From the NCBI GenBank assembly GCA_963813815.1, contig CAWFAD010000007.1, positions 352,001 to 416,000 on the forward strand: 64,000 nucleotides of DNA, written 5' to 3'. Positions within the stretch are counted from its first letter, which is position 1; every line of letters begins with the position of its first letter. Source of the DNA: an uncultured bacterium. GTDB taxonomy: Bacteria; Krumholzibacteriota; Krumholzibacteriia; Krumholzibacteriales; Krumholzibacteriaceae. Positions 19,671 to 29,109 of the stretch are shown piece after piece. The translations under genes and the position numbers were made by a program. The notes beneath the pieces are model-generated. The model was given only the letters and a program-made list of their open reading frames with translations. It did not search any database and was not told the origin of the DNA.

Positions 19671-19689
19671 GGTGACCTGAGAGGTCACC
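19671..19689 (+). other. Stem-loop after tRNA-Gln (processing site or weak terminator)
   Basis: GGTGACCT-gag-AGGTCACC followed by pyrimidine-rich TTCCTTGTT. Confidence 0.4.
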
Positions 19690-19717
19690 TTCCTTGTTCT
19701 ATACGGAGGATGTTCGG

Positions 19718-20653
19718 ATGAACGACGAGCTCAAGATTCTGGCGGGAACCGCCAACCCAGAGCTGGTGAAAAAGATAGCGGAGTACCTCGGCGTCGGGCT
19801 CTGCGACCTCGAAATCGGCCGCTTCACGGACGGCGAGATCAAGGTGCGTATTCTCGACAATATCCGCGGGCGCGACGTGTTCATCATACAGCCGACCTTC
19901 GCGCCGGCCGACAATCTCATGGAGCTGCTGCTCCTCATCGACGCGTGCTCCCGCGCCTCGGCGGACCGCATCACGGCCGTCATCCCGTACTACGGCTACG
20001 CGCGGCAGGACCGCAAAGATCAGCCCCGGGTGCCGATCTCGGCGAAGCTCGTGGCGAATCTCATCACGACGGCGGGGGCCGACCGGGTGCTCGCCCTCGA
20101 GCTCCATGCCGCCCAGATCCAGGGATTTTTCGACATTCAGGTCGATAATCTTTTTGCGGCCCCGGTGCTCTTTGAATATATTCAGGGGAAAAATTTGAAG
20201 AACGTGACCGTCGTGTCCCCCGACGTCGGCGGCATCAAGATGGGGCGCGCCTTCGCCAAGCGCCTGGGGGCGAACCTGGCGATCGTGGACAAACGGCGCA
20301 CGGCGGCCGATCAGTCGGAGGTCATGAATATCATCGGAGAGGTCGAGGGAAGCGATATCATCATTCTCGACGACCTCATCAGCACGGCCGGGACGACCAC
20401 GCAGGCGGCGAAGGTTCTCAGGGATGCGGGCGCGCGGCGGATCATCGCCGCGGCGACGCACGCCGTTTTCGCGGGAGAGGTGTTCGACAGACTGCAGGGC
20501 TCTCCGATAGAGGAAGTCATCGTCACGAACTCGCTTCCCGTCGCTGTGCCGCCCCTGTGCCGGAAAATAAAGGTGCTGGACGTGTCGCCGCTTCTCGGAG
20601 AGGCGATACGCCGCATCCATACGGGAGAGTCGATCAGCAACTTGTTCGCGTAG
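19718..20653 (+). CDS. prs: Ribose-phosphate pyrophosphokinase
   Basis: F.DGE, PYYGYARQDRK, LHAAQIQGFFD, VVSPDVGG, DDLISTAGT. Confidence 0.98.
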   Translation: MNDELKILAGTANPELVKKIAEYLGVGLCDLEIGRFTDGEIKVRILDNIRGRDVFIIQPTFAPADNLMELLLLIDACSRASADRITAVIPYYGYARQDRKDQPRVPISAKLVANLITTAGADRVLALELHAAQIQGFFDIQVDNLFAAPVLFEYIQGKNLKNVTVVSPDVGGIKMGRAFAKRLGANLAIVDKRRTAADQSEVMNIIGEVEGSDIIILDDLISTAGTTTQAAKVLRDAGARRIIAAATHAVFAGEVFDRLQGSPIEEVIVTNSLPVAVPPLCRKIKVLDVSPLLGEAIRRIHTGESISNLFA

Positions 20654-20667
20654 CTCCGGAGGAAAAC

Positions 20668-21423
20668 ATGAAGCATATGAATCTCAAGTCCCGCATGCGG
20701 GAGGCGGACGGCAAGGAAGCGGCGCGGAGGCTTCGCCGCACGGGAGACGTTCCGGCGATTCTGTACGGCCACAAGCGCGAGCCGATCAACCTCAGCGTGG
20801 GGCAGAAGGATCTCTGGCACATCCTGCACACCGCCACCAGCGAGCACATGATCCTCAATCTCGACATCGAGGGCGCGAGCGAGGGCACGATACTCACGCT
20901 CGTGCGCGACGTTCAGCATCACCCGGTGACGGGAAACGTGCTGCACCTCGATCTCCAGCGCATCTCCGTCGACGAGAAGCTTCACATCGGCGTGCCGCTC
21001 GAGCTCACCGGCCTCGCCGCCGGCGTCAAGGATCAGGGCGGCATCCTCGATCACGGCGTGCGCGAGGTGACGATCAACGTGAAACCGATGGAGATTCCCG
21101 AGAAGCTCTCGATCGACGTCTCGGGCCTCAGCATCGGCCAGTCGCTCCACGTCTCGGACCTCATCGCCATTTACCCCGACCTCGACTTCGTCGACGACGC
21201 GAACGTGACGATCGCGCACGTTTCAGCGCCCAAGAAGCTCGAGACGCTCGTTCCCGAACCGGGAGCCGCGCCCGAGGCGGCCGTCGCCCCCGAGGAAGGG
21301 GAAGGCGCCGAGGGAGAGGAAGCGGAAGGCGAAGGGGAAGAGGACAAGAAGAAGGAAAAGGGAAAAGAGAAAGAAAAGGGAAAAGAGAAAGAAAAGGGAA
21401 AAGAGAAGGAAAAGGGAAAATAG
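20668..21423 (+). CDS. rplY: 50S ribosomal protein L25/CTC
   Basis: GK.AARRLR..G.VPAILYG, VQHHPV, HLD, GVKDQGG; acidic then KEKGKE tail. Confidence 0.95.
   Translation: MKHMNLKSRMREADGKEAARRLRRTGDVPAILYGHKREPINLSVGQKDLWHILHTATSEHMILNLDIEGASEGTILTLVRDVQHHPVTGNVLHLDLQRISVDEKLHIGVPLELTGLAAGVKDQGGILDHGVREVTINVKPMEIPEKLSIDVSGLSIGQSLHVSDLIAIYPDLDFVDDANVTIAHVSAPKKLETLVPEPGAAPEAAVAPEEGEGAEGEEAEGEGEEDKKKEKGKEKEKGKEKEKGKEKEKGK
21352..21420 (+). repeat. 18-bp tandem repeat (KEKGKE), three full copies plus one partial
   Basis: AARGAAAAGGGAAAAGAG repeated in frame at the 3' end of rplY. Confidence 0.9.
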
Positions 21424-21429
21424 CCTTTC

Positions 21430-22014
21430 ATGGGGGATCTCTCCGTCGTTTGCGGGCTCGGGAACCCCGGGGCCCGCTACCGCGCCACGAGACACAATCT
21501 CGGTTTTCTCACGCTCGACGTCCTGTCGCGGCGCCACGGGCTCGCGTGGCGCCGCGTCGGGGGCCCCGCCCAGGAGACCCGCTGGCGCTCGGCGGGGCGG
21601 ACGGTCGTGCTCCTCAAGCCCCTCACGTTCATGAATGATTCCGGAGCTGCCGTGGCCCGCATACCCGGGCTCGACCCCGCGGAGCTCCTCGTCGTGAGCG
21701 ACGATCTCAACCTGCCGCTCGGAAGGCTGCGGTTCCGCATGGGCGGAGGGAGCGGAGGACACAACGGCCTCGCCTCGATTATCGAGCGCCTCGGGACCGA
21801 GGCGTTTCCGCGCCTGCGTCTCGGCATCGGTTCGGCTCCCGGCGGCATCGACTGGGCCGATTTCGTGCTGACGGAATTCCGCGAGGACGAGCGCGAAGCG
21901 GCGGACGCCCTCGTCGAGGAGGCCGCCGACGCCGTCGAGCTCGCCGTACGCCGGGGCCTCGGCGAGGCGATGCGGCGGCATCATCGTCCCGATGGGGCCG
22001 CCGGGGACCCTTGA
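21430..22014 (+). CDS. pth: Peptidyl-tRNA hydrolase
   Basis: GLGNPG..Y..TRHN.GF, KPLTFMNDSG, GGHNGL, RLRLGIG. Confidence 0.97.
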   Translation: MGDLSVVCGLGNPGARYRATRHNLGFLTLDVLSRRHGLAWRRVGGPAQETRWRSAGRTVVLLKPLTFMNDSGAAVARIPGLDPAELLVVSDDLNLPLGRLRFRMGGGSGGHNGLASIIERLGTEAFPRLRLGIGSAPGGIDWADFVLTEFREDEREAADALVEEAADAVELAVRRGLGEAMRRHHRPDGAAGDP

Positions 22015-22039
22015 CCGGGGGCGCGCGGCGTGTTATATT
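22011..22039 (+). promoter_or_regulatory. Sigma70 promoter of rpsF operon
   Basis: TTGACC-17 bp-TATATT with extended -10 TG. Confidence 0.75.
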
Positions 22040-22078
22040 GCCCCGTACCCGCGGCAGGACATCGCCTGCGTACATAAA

Positions 22079-22138
22079 TCCCTACTTTCACGGCGCCTCC
22101 CGGCCCCGATGAAAGTCGCTTTCAGTCCGAAGGGAGGA
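22079..22138 (+). ncRNA. Probable S6:S18 ribosomal protein leader
   Basis: TCCCT can pair with SD-containing AGGGA; ACTTTCA/TGAAAGT stem; unpaired CCG (22127-22129) just 5' of the SD strand; upstream of rpsF-rpsR. Confidence 0.65.
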
Positions 22139-22146
22139 GTTGCTCG

Positions 22147-22461
22147 ATGCGCACCTACGAGTGCATCTATATCCTCAATCCCGCCCTCGATGAACAAACG
22201 GTGAAGGACAAGGCCGTTCGCTACGGCGAAATCGTGACGTCGCGCCAGGGTCAGATGCAGACGCTCGACCAGTGGGGCAAACGCCGGCTCGCCTTCCCCA
22301 TCAAGAAGCAGTTCGAGGGCTACTACACGTTCATGCGTTTCGCCGGCACCGGCGAGATCCTGAAGGAGCTCAACCGCGTGTTCGGATTCGACGAGGCCGT
22401 GCTTCGCCACATGATTGTCGTCGAGGAAAAGCCGCGGCAGGCCGAGCCGCCGCGGGCATAA
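22147..22461 (+). CDS. rpsF: 30S ribosomal protein S6
   Basis: [32 protein letters not shown]. Confidence 0.97.
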   Translation: MRTYECIYILNPALDEQTVKDKAVRYGEIVTSRQGQMQTLDQWGKRRLAFPIKKQFEGYYTFMRFAGTGEILKELNRVFGFDEAVLRHMIVVEEKPRQAEPPRA

Positions 22462-22495
22462 CCCCGGATACGGGACCATTCACGGAGGACCATTC

Positions 22496-22744
22496 ATGAG
22501 GAATGAGCGGAAGAAGAAGGAAAAACGCCCGATGCCGACGAAGCCCTGCCGGTTCTGCATCGACAGGCTTCCCATCGATTACAAGGATCAGGGGTTCCTG
22601 AGCCGCTTCGTCACCGAGCGCGGCAAGATCACGCCGCGGCGCATCACGGGCACGTGCGCGTGGCATCAGCGCGTGCTGACGCGCGCGATCAAGAAGGCGC
22701 GGTTCATCGCGCTCCTTCCGTACGTCAGGGAATACTATCGCTAA
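22496..22744 (+). CDS. rpsR: 30S ribosomal protein S18 (Cys/His zinc-binding type)
   Basis: [38 protein letters not shown]. Confidence 0.97.
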   Translation: MRNERKKKEKRPMPTKPCRFCIDRLPIDYKDQGFLSRFVTERGKITPRRITGTCAWHQRVLTRAIKKARFIALLPYVREYYR

Positions 22745-22756
22745 GGGGAGAGCACC

Positions 22757-23200
22757 ATGGAAGTGATCCTTACGCAAAAGGTCCAGGGCCTCGGAGAGCG
22801 CGGAGACCGCGTCCGCGTGAAGGACGGTTACGCGCGGAACTACCTCTTCCCGAAACGGCTCGCGGTTTCCTCGACGGAGAGCCAGAAACGAGTGCTCGCG
22901 GAGGAGAACAAGCTCAGCGCCTCGCGTGAGACGAAGCTCAAGCAGGCCCTCTCCGCCGTCGCCGAAAAGATGAAGGACATCTCCTGCACGCTCGTCGTGC
23001 AGGCGGGTGAGGAAGACAAGCTCTACGGCTCCGTGACGGGGCACGACATCGCCAAGGCGATCGTCGATCAGGGGTTCGCCGTCGACCACAAGATGGTCGT
23101 TCTCGACGAGCCGATCAAGAAGCTCGGCGTCTATACGGTCCCCGTCCGGCTCCACCGCGAGGTCGAAGTTCAGGTCAAGGTGTGGGTCGTGAAGGAGTGA
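22757..23200 (+). CDS. rplI: 50S ribosomal protein L9
   Basis: MEVIL...V.GLG..GD.V.VKDGYARNYL.PK, KLYGSVT, PIKKLG. Confidence 0.98.
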   Translation: MEVILTQKVQGLGERGDRVRVKDGYARNYLFPKRLAVSSTESQKRVLAEENKLSASRETKLKQALSAVAEKMKDISCTLVVQAGEEDKLYGSVTGHDIAKAIVDQGFAVDHKMVVLDEPIKKLGVYTVPVRLHREVEVQVKVWVVKE

Positions 23201-23218
23201 CACCGGGGGGGCGCGGAG

Positions 23219-24601
23219 ATGAAGCACGCCGCATTGCCGCCGCATATCTTCCGCGAGTACGACATCAGGGGCGTCGTCGACGTCGATCTCACCGATGACG
23301 GCGTCCGCCGGCTCGGACTCGCCGCCGCGGCCGCCTTCGCCCGCGAAGGCATCGTCGAGGCGGTCGTCGGACGCGACGTCCGCCGTTCGAGCGATCGGTA
23401 TTTCGAGGCGCTCACCGCAGGGCTCCGGGCCGGCGGCGTGAACGTGATCGACATCGGAGCCGTTCCGACGCCCGTTTTCTATTTTGCGGCGAGGCGATGG
23501 GGCCATCGCGGCGGCGTCATGATCACGGCGAGCCACAATCCAGGGCACTACAACGGTTTCAAGGTGCTCCGCGGCGAAAGCACGATCTACGGCGCCGACA
23601 TCCTCGAGCTTCGCGATCTCGCCGAGGCGAACCTCCCCGAGCCGGGCGGGGGCCGTCTCGAGAGACGCGAGGCGCGGGGGGAGTACGTCGAATACGTCTC
23701 GCGTTCCGTCACCGTATCGCGGCCGGTCGCCTTCGCGGCGGACGGCGGCAACGGAACGTCCGGGCTCGTCGCGGGGGAGCTCTTCGCCGCGCTCGGCGTG
23801 CGGCCGATCGAGCTCTTCATGGAACCGGACGGCGCATTCCCCAACCACCATCCCGATCCGACGGTGCCGGAGAACCTCCGCGTCCTGCGGGACACCGTCC
23901 TCGATCGACGCCTCGAGTACGGCGTCGCCTTCGACGGCGATTCCGACCGTATCGGCGTCATCGACGACCGGGGGGAGATCCTGTGGGGAGACCGGCTGCT
24001 CGCGCTCTTCGCGCGCGACGTTCTCGCGGCTCACCCGGGATCGACGGTCATCTTCGAGGTCAAATGCTCGCAGGCCCTCGAGGATGATATCGTCCGGCAC
24101 GGCGGCAAGGCCGTCATGTGGAAGACGGGACATTCCCTCATCAAGAAAAAGATGCGCGAGACCGGGGCGCTCCTCGCCGGCGAGATGAGCGGGCACCTGT
24201 TCTTCGCGGACCGCTATTTTGGCTTCGACGACGCGCTCTACGCCGCGTGCCGGCTGCTCGAGATCGTGTCGCGGGGGAGCGTCCCGCTGAGCTCGCTCCT
24301 CGCCGATCTCCCGCGTTTCGAGACGACGCCGGAGATCAGGATCGATTGCCCCGACGAAGAGAAGTTCGCGGTGGTCGAAGCGATCCGGCGACGGTTCGCG
24401 AAGGACCGCCGGGTCATCGACGTCGACGGAGCGCGCATCGTCTTCGACGGCGGCTGGGGGCTCGTGCGCGCGTCGAACACGCAGCCGGTCCTCGTGCTCA
24501 GGTTCGAGGCCTCGACGCCGGAGCGCCTCGCCTCGATCCGCGGCGAGATCGCGGACGCGCTCGCCTCGTACGTCGACGTGTCGTCGCTCAGGGAGGGCTG
24601 A
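23219..24601 (+). CDS. Phosphomannomutase/phosphoglucomutase (AlgC/ManB-like)
   Basis: FREYDIRG, ITASHNP, FDGDSDR, GEMSGH, RASNTQP. Confidence 0.95.
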   Translation: MKHAALPPHIFREYDIRGVVDVDLTDDGVRRLGLAAAAAFAREGIVEAVVGRDVRRSSDRYFEALTAGLRAGGVNVIDIGAVPTPVFYFAARRWGHRGGVMITASHNPGHYNGFKVLRGESTIYGADILELRDLAEANLPEPGGGRLERREARGEYVEYVSRSVTVSRPVAFAADGGNGTSGLVAGELFAALGVRPIELFMEPDGAFPNHHPDPTVPENLRVLRDTVLDRRLEYGVAFDGDSDRIGVIDDRGEILWGDRLLALFARDVLAAHPGSTVIFEVKCSQALEDDIVRHGGKAVMWKTGHSLIKKKMRETGALLAGEMSGHLFFADRYFGFDDALYAACRLLEIVSRGSVPLSSLLADLPRFETTPEIRIDCPDEEKFAVVEAIRRRFAKDRRVIDVDGARIVFDGGWGLVRASNTQPVLVLRFEASTPERLASIRGEIADALASYVDVSSLREG

Positions 24602-24606
24602 TACCC

Positions 24607-25680
24607 GTGTACGGCGTCATTCTCGCCGGCGGCAAGGGGAAACGGTTCTGGCCGCGAAGCCGCGCGGCGAGGCCGAAGCAGTTTCTCGACATTGCGGGCG
24701 AGGGCTCGATGCTGTCGCTCACCTGGCGCCGCCTCTCGGCTTTCATTCCGCCCGAGCGGATTCTCGTCGTCACGGTCGATGAGCAGGCACGGCCGGTCAG
24801 GGAGGAGCTCCCCGCGCTTCTTCCCGGCAACGTTTTCGTCGAGCCCGAGGGCCGCAATACGGCTCCCGCCATCGCCGTCGCCGCGGCGCTCGCGCGGCGC
24901 CGGGGCGCCGCCGAAGAGCCGCTCCTTGTTTGCCCCGCCGACCACTCGATCCGCGGAGAGGCGGAGCTCGGACGCATCGTCGCCGCCGCCTCGGCTCTGG
25001 CCGGCAAGCGGGACGCGCTCGTGACCTTCGGCGTCGTGCCCGCGTTTCCCGCGACCGGCTACGGCTATATCGAGTCCGGGGAGAGCGTCGCCGTCGAGGA
25101 TGGCGTTTCGTTCTTCGAGGCGAAGCGGTTTCACGAGAAGCCCGACGCCGCGCGGGCGGCGGACTATCTGCGGGCGGGAACCTATTTCTGGAACAGCGGT
25201 ATATTCCTCTGGCGGCCCTCGGTGTATCTCGCCGCGTGGGCGCGTTTTCTCCCCGAAGGCGTCGCGCCGCTCGAGGCGATCGAGGCGGCGATCGGAACGG
25301 CCGCCGAGAGGGAAACGATCGAGCGCGAGTATCCGCGCCTTCCGGCGATATCGGTCGACTACGGGATTCTCGAGAAGGCCGGGAACGTCGTCGTGGCGCC
25401 GGCCGATATCGGATGGAGCGACGTCGGGTCGTGGGACTCGCTGTTCGATATGCTCGCCGCCGACGCGGCGGGCAACGCCGGCGCCGGCGGCCGGGAGCTC
25501 GTCGACTGCAAGCGGAACCTGTTTTTCAATCCGGGCGGTTTCACCGCGGCGGTCGGTGTCGACGATATCATCGTGGTCGTGGACGGCGGGACGGTGCTCG
25601 TGTGCCGGCGCGGGGAAAGCCAGCGGGTGCGCGAGATCACCGATTCGCTCGAGCGCAACGATCGAAAGGAATTGCTCTAG
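24607..25680 (+). CDS. manC: Mannose-1-phosphate guanylyltransferase
   Basis: GTG start after GGAGG; ILAGG.GKRFWP.SR..PKQFL, EP.GRNTAPA, PADH, FHEKP, WNSGIF, SVDYGILEK, WSDVGSW. Confidence 0.92.
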   Translation: MYGVILAGGKGKRFWPRSRAARPKQFLDIAGEGSMLSLTWRRLSAFIPPERILVVTVDEQARPVREELPALLPGNVFVEPEGRNTAPAIAVAAALARRRGAAEEPLLVCPADHSIRGEAELGRIVAAASALAGKRDALVTFGVVPAFPATGYGYIESGESVAVEDGVSFFEAKRFHEKPDAARAADYLRAGTYFWNSGIFLWRPSVYLAAWARFLPEGVAPLEAIEAAIGTAAERETIEREYPRLPAISVDYGILEKAGNVVVAPADIGWSDVGSWDSLFDMLAADAAGNAGAGGRELVDCKRNLFFNPGGFTAAVGVDDIIVVVDGGTVLVCRRGESQRVREITDSLERNDRKELL

Positions 25681-25721
25681 TCCGGCCGGGGACGCCGGTC
25701 GACGTTCGGAAGGAGGATTCG

Positions 25722-26945
25722 ATGTTCGCGAGGAGAGCGGCAATCATCGTGCTCGCCGCCGTCGTCGCCGCGTTCGGCGGTTCGTGCGGCAAGCAGAAGG
25801 AAGAGGGCATCAAGATCAAAGAGGGGCTCTCGGCCCGCGTCGCCGATTACAAGCTCACCGACGAGGCGGTGAACCGCCGCTTCGAGGAGCTTCCCGAGGC
25901 GCAGCGCAAGGAGTTCAAGGGCATCGAGGGAAAGGCGAAATTCGTCGATCGACTCATCGAGGAGCACCTCCTCTATCGGGCCGCGGTCGACGCCAAGATC
26001 GACCGCGAGGACGAGATCAGCGAGCGTCTGCGGTGGGTCACGATGAACCTGCTCGTCGCCGAGTACTTCAACCGGAACATCGGCGGCAAGGTGAAGATCG
26101 AGGACGCGGACGTCGAAACGTACTACCAGGAGCATCCGGAAGAATTCCGGCAGCCGTCCGTCGTGCGGGCGCAGTATCTCCTCTCGGCCGATAGCCTCAA
26201 GGCGGCTTCCTGGCGGAAGAGGATTCTCGGCGGCGAGAAGATGACGGACATCGCGCACAAGGAATCGGAAGACCGGGCCACGGCCGCCGAGGGCGGCGAC
26301 CTCGGCTACTTCAACCTCGGGGGTTACATCAAGGGGATCGGCCAGTCCGCAGCTTTCAGCGCGGTCGTCGAGAAGCTCGAGATCGGCAAGATCAGCGACG
26401 TGTTTCGATTCGAGAAGGGGTACGCCGTCGTGCGCGTCTCGGAGAAGAATCCCGAGAAGCATCTGACGCTGGAGGAGGCACGCCGCACGATCACCGGCAA
26501 GCTCCACGGCGCGAGGGCGGAGGATCTCTACCATGCCGAGATCGAGCGGCTCAAAAAGCAGTACGAGTCCGAGAACTACGTTCGGGAGCGGATCGCGACC
26601 ACGAAGCGCACCGCGGCCGAGCTCTGGGAGATGGCTCAGATGGAGAGCGATACGCACGCGCGGATCCAGTTCTACCGCGACATCGTCAACCAGTACCCTC
26701 AGGAGAAGAACGCTCCCGAGGCGCTCTTCATGATCGCGTTCACGTACGCCGAGGATCTCAAGGATTTCGTTCAGGCGCGCCGCACCCTCGACGAGCTGAT
26801 CGAGAAGTATCCGGCGAGCGGGATGATCGATTCGGCGAAATGGATGATCGAGAACATGGGCAAACCGGGGTTCGACGTCGATACGCCGGAGGACGTGCAG
26901 CGGCGGGCCGGGGAAGGCGCGACCGCCGGGAAGGCGGGCTCGTAA
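25722..26945 (+). CDS. Parvulin (PpiC)-type peptidyl-prolyl isomerase lipoprotein with C-terminal TPR
   Basis: SD AGGAGG; lipobox-like GSC; SED..TA.EGGDLGYF, GKISD; C-terminal YP...APEALFMIAFTY...KYP TPR. Confidence 0.8.
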   Translation: MFARRAAIIVLAAVVAAFGGSCGKQKEEGIKIKEGLSARVADYKLTDEAVNRRFEELPEAQRKEFKGIEGKAKFVDRLIEEHLLYRAAVDAKIDREDEISERLRWVTMNLLVAEYFNRNIGGKVKIEDADVETYYQEHPEEFRQPSVVRAQYLLSADSLKAASWRKRILGGEKMTDIAHKESEDRATAAEGGDLGYFNLGGYIKGIGQSAAFSAVVEKLEIGKISDVFRFEKGYAVVRVSEKNPEKHLTLEEARRTITGKLHGARAEDLYHAEIERLKKQYESENYVRERIATTKRTAAELWEMAQMESDTHARIQFYRDIVNQYPQEKNAPEALFMIAFTYAEDLKDFVQARRTLDELIEKYPASGMIDSAKWMIENMGKPGFDVDTPEDVQRRAGEGATAGKAGS

Positions 26946-26953
26946 GCGCCGCC

Positions 26954-27436
26954 ATGGAACTCGTCGAGGTATTCGTTCGTGGAATCGCGCTCGATCAGGA
27001 GCGCCGGCACCCGGTCGTGCTGCTCCGGTCGGAGGAGGAGGACGAGATTCTCCCGATCTGGATCGGCACGGCGGAGGCCACGGCGATATTCACCGCGCTC
27101 GCGGGAAAGTCCTTCGAGCGGCCGATGACGCACGATCTCCTGCGGATCGTCATCGACGTGCTGGACGCGACGGTCGACCGGATCGAGATCACCGGCATCC
27201 ACGCCGACACGTACTTCGCGCGCATCGTGCTCCGGCACGGCGACGACACCTTCTACGTCGATGCTCGCCCGAGCGATTCGATCGCGCTCGCGCTGCGGGC
27301 GAACGCGTCGATCTTCATCGATCACGAGCTGTTCGACTCGTACAAGCGGCCCATCGATCTCGGCGCCGAGGAAGACGACGTCCGCCGGCGGCTCAAGGAG
27401 CTCGATCCCGGAGACTTCGGAGAGTTCGAGGCGTAG
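26954..27436 (+). CDS. Bifunctional nuclease (DUF151) family protein
   Basis: LPIWIG.AEA.AI, RPMTHDL, DARPSDSIALALR. Confidence 0.93.
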   Translation: MELVEVFVRGIALDQERRHPVVLLRSEEEDEILPIWIGTAEATAIFTALAGKSFERPMTHDLLRIVIDVLDATVDRIEITGIHADTYFARIVLRHGDDTFYVDARPSDSIALALRANASIFIDHELFDSYKRPIDLGAEEDDVRRRLKELDPGDFGEFEA

Positions 27437-27451
27437 CGAGGGGGGAGCGCC

Positions 27452-27991
27452 GTGATAGAATCCTTCAAGGGAATCCGGCCGCGCATCGGCCGGGACGTGT
27501 TCGTCGCGCCCTCGGCCTGGATCATCGGCGACGTCGAGCTCGGCGACCGCTCGAGCGTGTGGCACGGCGCCGTCGTCCGCGGGGACGTGTGCCGGATCCG
27601 CATCGGAGAGCTCTCGAACATACAGGATCTCTGCGTCTGCCACGTGACGACGGGAGGGCCCGAGCTCGTGATCGGGAGCGGCGTGACGGTCGGCCATCGC
27701 GCGATCCTGCATTCGTGCGTCGTCGAGGACACCTGCCTCATCGGCATGGGGTCGGTGATTCTCGACGGCGTCCGCGTCGGACGGGGTTCGATCGTGGCGG
27801 CGGGAAGCGTGCTGCTCCCGGGGACCGTCGTGCCGCCCTGCTCTCTCGTCGCCGGCGTTCCCGCGAAGGTGAAGCGGGAGCTCGACGGGACGGAGGCGGA
27901 AAGGCTCGCGCGGAGCGCCGAAGCGTACCATGTCCTCGCGATGTCGTATCGCGGGCAATCGCCGGATCATCCGCCGGAGGAGCGTGCATGA
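27452..27991 (+). CDS. Gamma carbonic anhydrase family (hexapeptide repeat) protein
   Basis: IIGDV.LG..SSVW.GAVVRGD, SNIQD..V.H, TVGH.AILHSC, LIGMGS. Confidence 0.93.
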   Translation: MIESFKGIRPRIGRDVFVAPSAWIIGDVELGDRSSVWHGAVVRGDVCRIRIGELSNIQDLCVCHVTTGGPELVIGSGVTVGHRAILHSCVVEDTCLIGMGSVILDGVRVGRGSIVAAGSVLLPGTVVPPCSLVAGVPAKVKRELDGTEAERLARSAEAYHVLAMSYRGQSPDHPPEERA

Positions 27992-29109
27992 GAAACGTAC
28001 TTCGAGCTGCCGTCCTGCTCGGCGCCGCGCTCGCGGCGGGCGTCGCCGGGGCCGAGGAGTCCGCCAAACAGAGACAAACGGCCACCCTGAAAATCGGGGC
28101 TCTCTGCCCGCTCGAGGGGCGCTACGCCACGCTCGGCGAATCGTTTCTCCGCGGATCGTCGATCGCGCTCAAGGAGGCGAGGTTGCGGGGAATCAAGAAC
28201 ATCGAGCTCGTCGTGGGCGATACGCGGGGCGCGCCGCTCACCTGCCGGGCCGTGGCCGAGAGGCTCATAGAGGAGGAGCGCGTCGACGCGCTCCTCGGCG
28301 AGGTTCTCAGCTCCTCGACGATCGCCGCGGCGCAGGTGGCCGAGCTCTCGCGCGTCGTGCTTCTTTCGCCCGTCGCGACGGAGGAGGGAATCGACGACAT
28401 CGGTGGTTGGGTGTTCCAGACCTCGCTCGGCGCCGAGACGGAGATCGCTGCTCTTTCCCGGATGGCCTGCGGGCGCCTCGGCCTGAGGCGCTTCGCGTAC
28501 CTCTCGACCGATGACCCCGCCTCCCGGAGAGGCGCCGCGCTCTTCTCCGACGAGATCGAGCGGCTCGGCGGCCGCCTCGTCGCCGCCGAGTTCTACCCGG
28601 CCGGTAGCACCGATTTCACCGAAGTCCTGAACCGCCTCGCCGCCGCCGCGCCGGAGGCGCTCTATATCGGTTCGGAGATCGAGGATCTCATTCTCATCCT
28701 GCCGCAGCTCTCTTTCCACGAGTTCGGTGTGCAGCTCCTCGGCACGAGCGCGTGGGATTCCCGGCGTCTCATCAGAATGGCCGGGAAAGACCTCGAGGGG
28801 GCGATCTTTCCCGAGGATATCGGGACGCGCAAGGCCGAGCAGCGGTTTCTCGCCGCCTGCGCCGCGGTGAACGAGGTTCCCGGCGAGCGCAACCAAGTCA
28901 TGATCGGCGCCTACCAGGGCACGCGGATGCTCGTCGAGGCGATGGCGAAGGTGAAGGGTGGCGGCGAGGCGCTGCGCGAGGAGATGTCGCGGACGCTCGA
29001 GAAAAGGCGCCATCCCTATCTCGATCTCGTCGCCGGCGACGGCATTCCGTTTCGCATCGTGCGCGGCGAAAAGCTCGTCGATTTCGAGGCGCTCCGGACG
29101 GCGCGCTAG
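27988..29109 (+). CDS. Periplasmic binding-protein-fold protein (LivJ/LpoA C-terminal-like)
   Basis: Signal peptide; KIGALCPLEG.YA..G, G..LSS.T, FY..GSTDF, QLLGT..W. Confidence 0.75.
   Translation: MRNVLRAAVLLGAALAAGVAGAEESAKQRQTATLKIGALCPLEGRYATLGESFLRGSSIALKEARLRGIKNIELVVGDTRGAPLTCRAVAERLIEEERVDALLGEVLSSSTIAAAQVAELSRVVLLSPVATEEGIDDIGGWVFQTSLGAETEIAALSRMACGRLGLRRFAYLSTDDPASRRGAALFSDEIERLGGRLVAAEFYPAGSTDFTEVLNRLAAAAPEALYIGSEIEDLILILPQLSFHEFGVQLLGTSAWDSRRLIRMAGKDLEGAIFPEDIGTRKAEQRFLAACAAVNEVPGERNQVMIGAYQGTRMLVEAMAKVKGGGEALREEMSRTLEKRRHPYLDLVAGDGIPFRIVRGEKLVDFEALRTAR

Noticed and set aside
19582..19720. tRNA-Gln as an integration site for an island
   Set aside because: No integrase and no duplicated tRNA 3' end seen; flanking genes are the conserved ispE-prs block
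21352..21420. CRISPR array
   Set aside because: Contiguous in-frame coding repeats with no spacers; no cas genes
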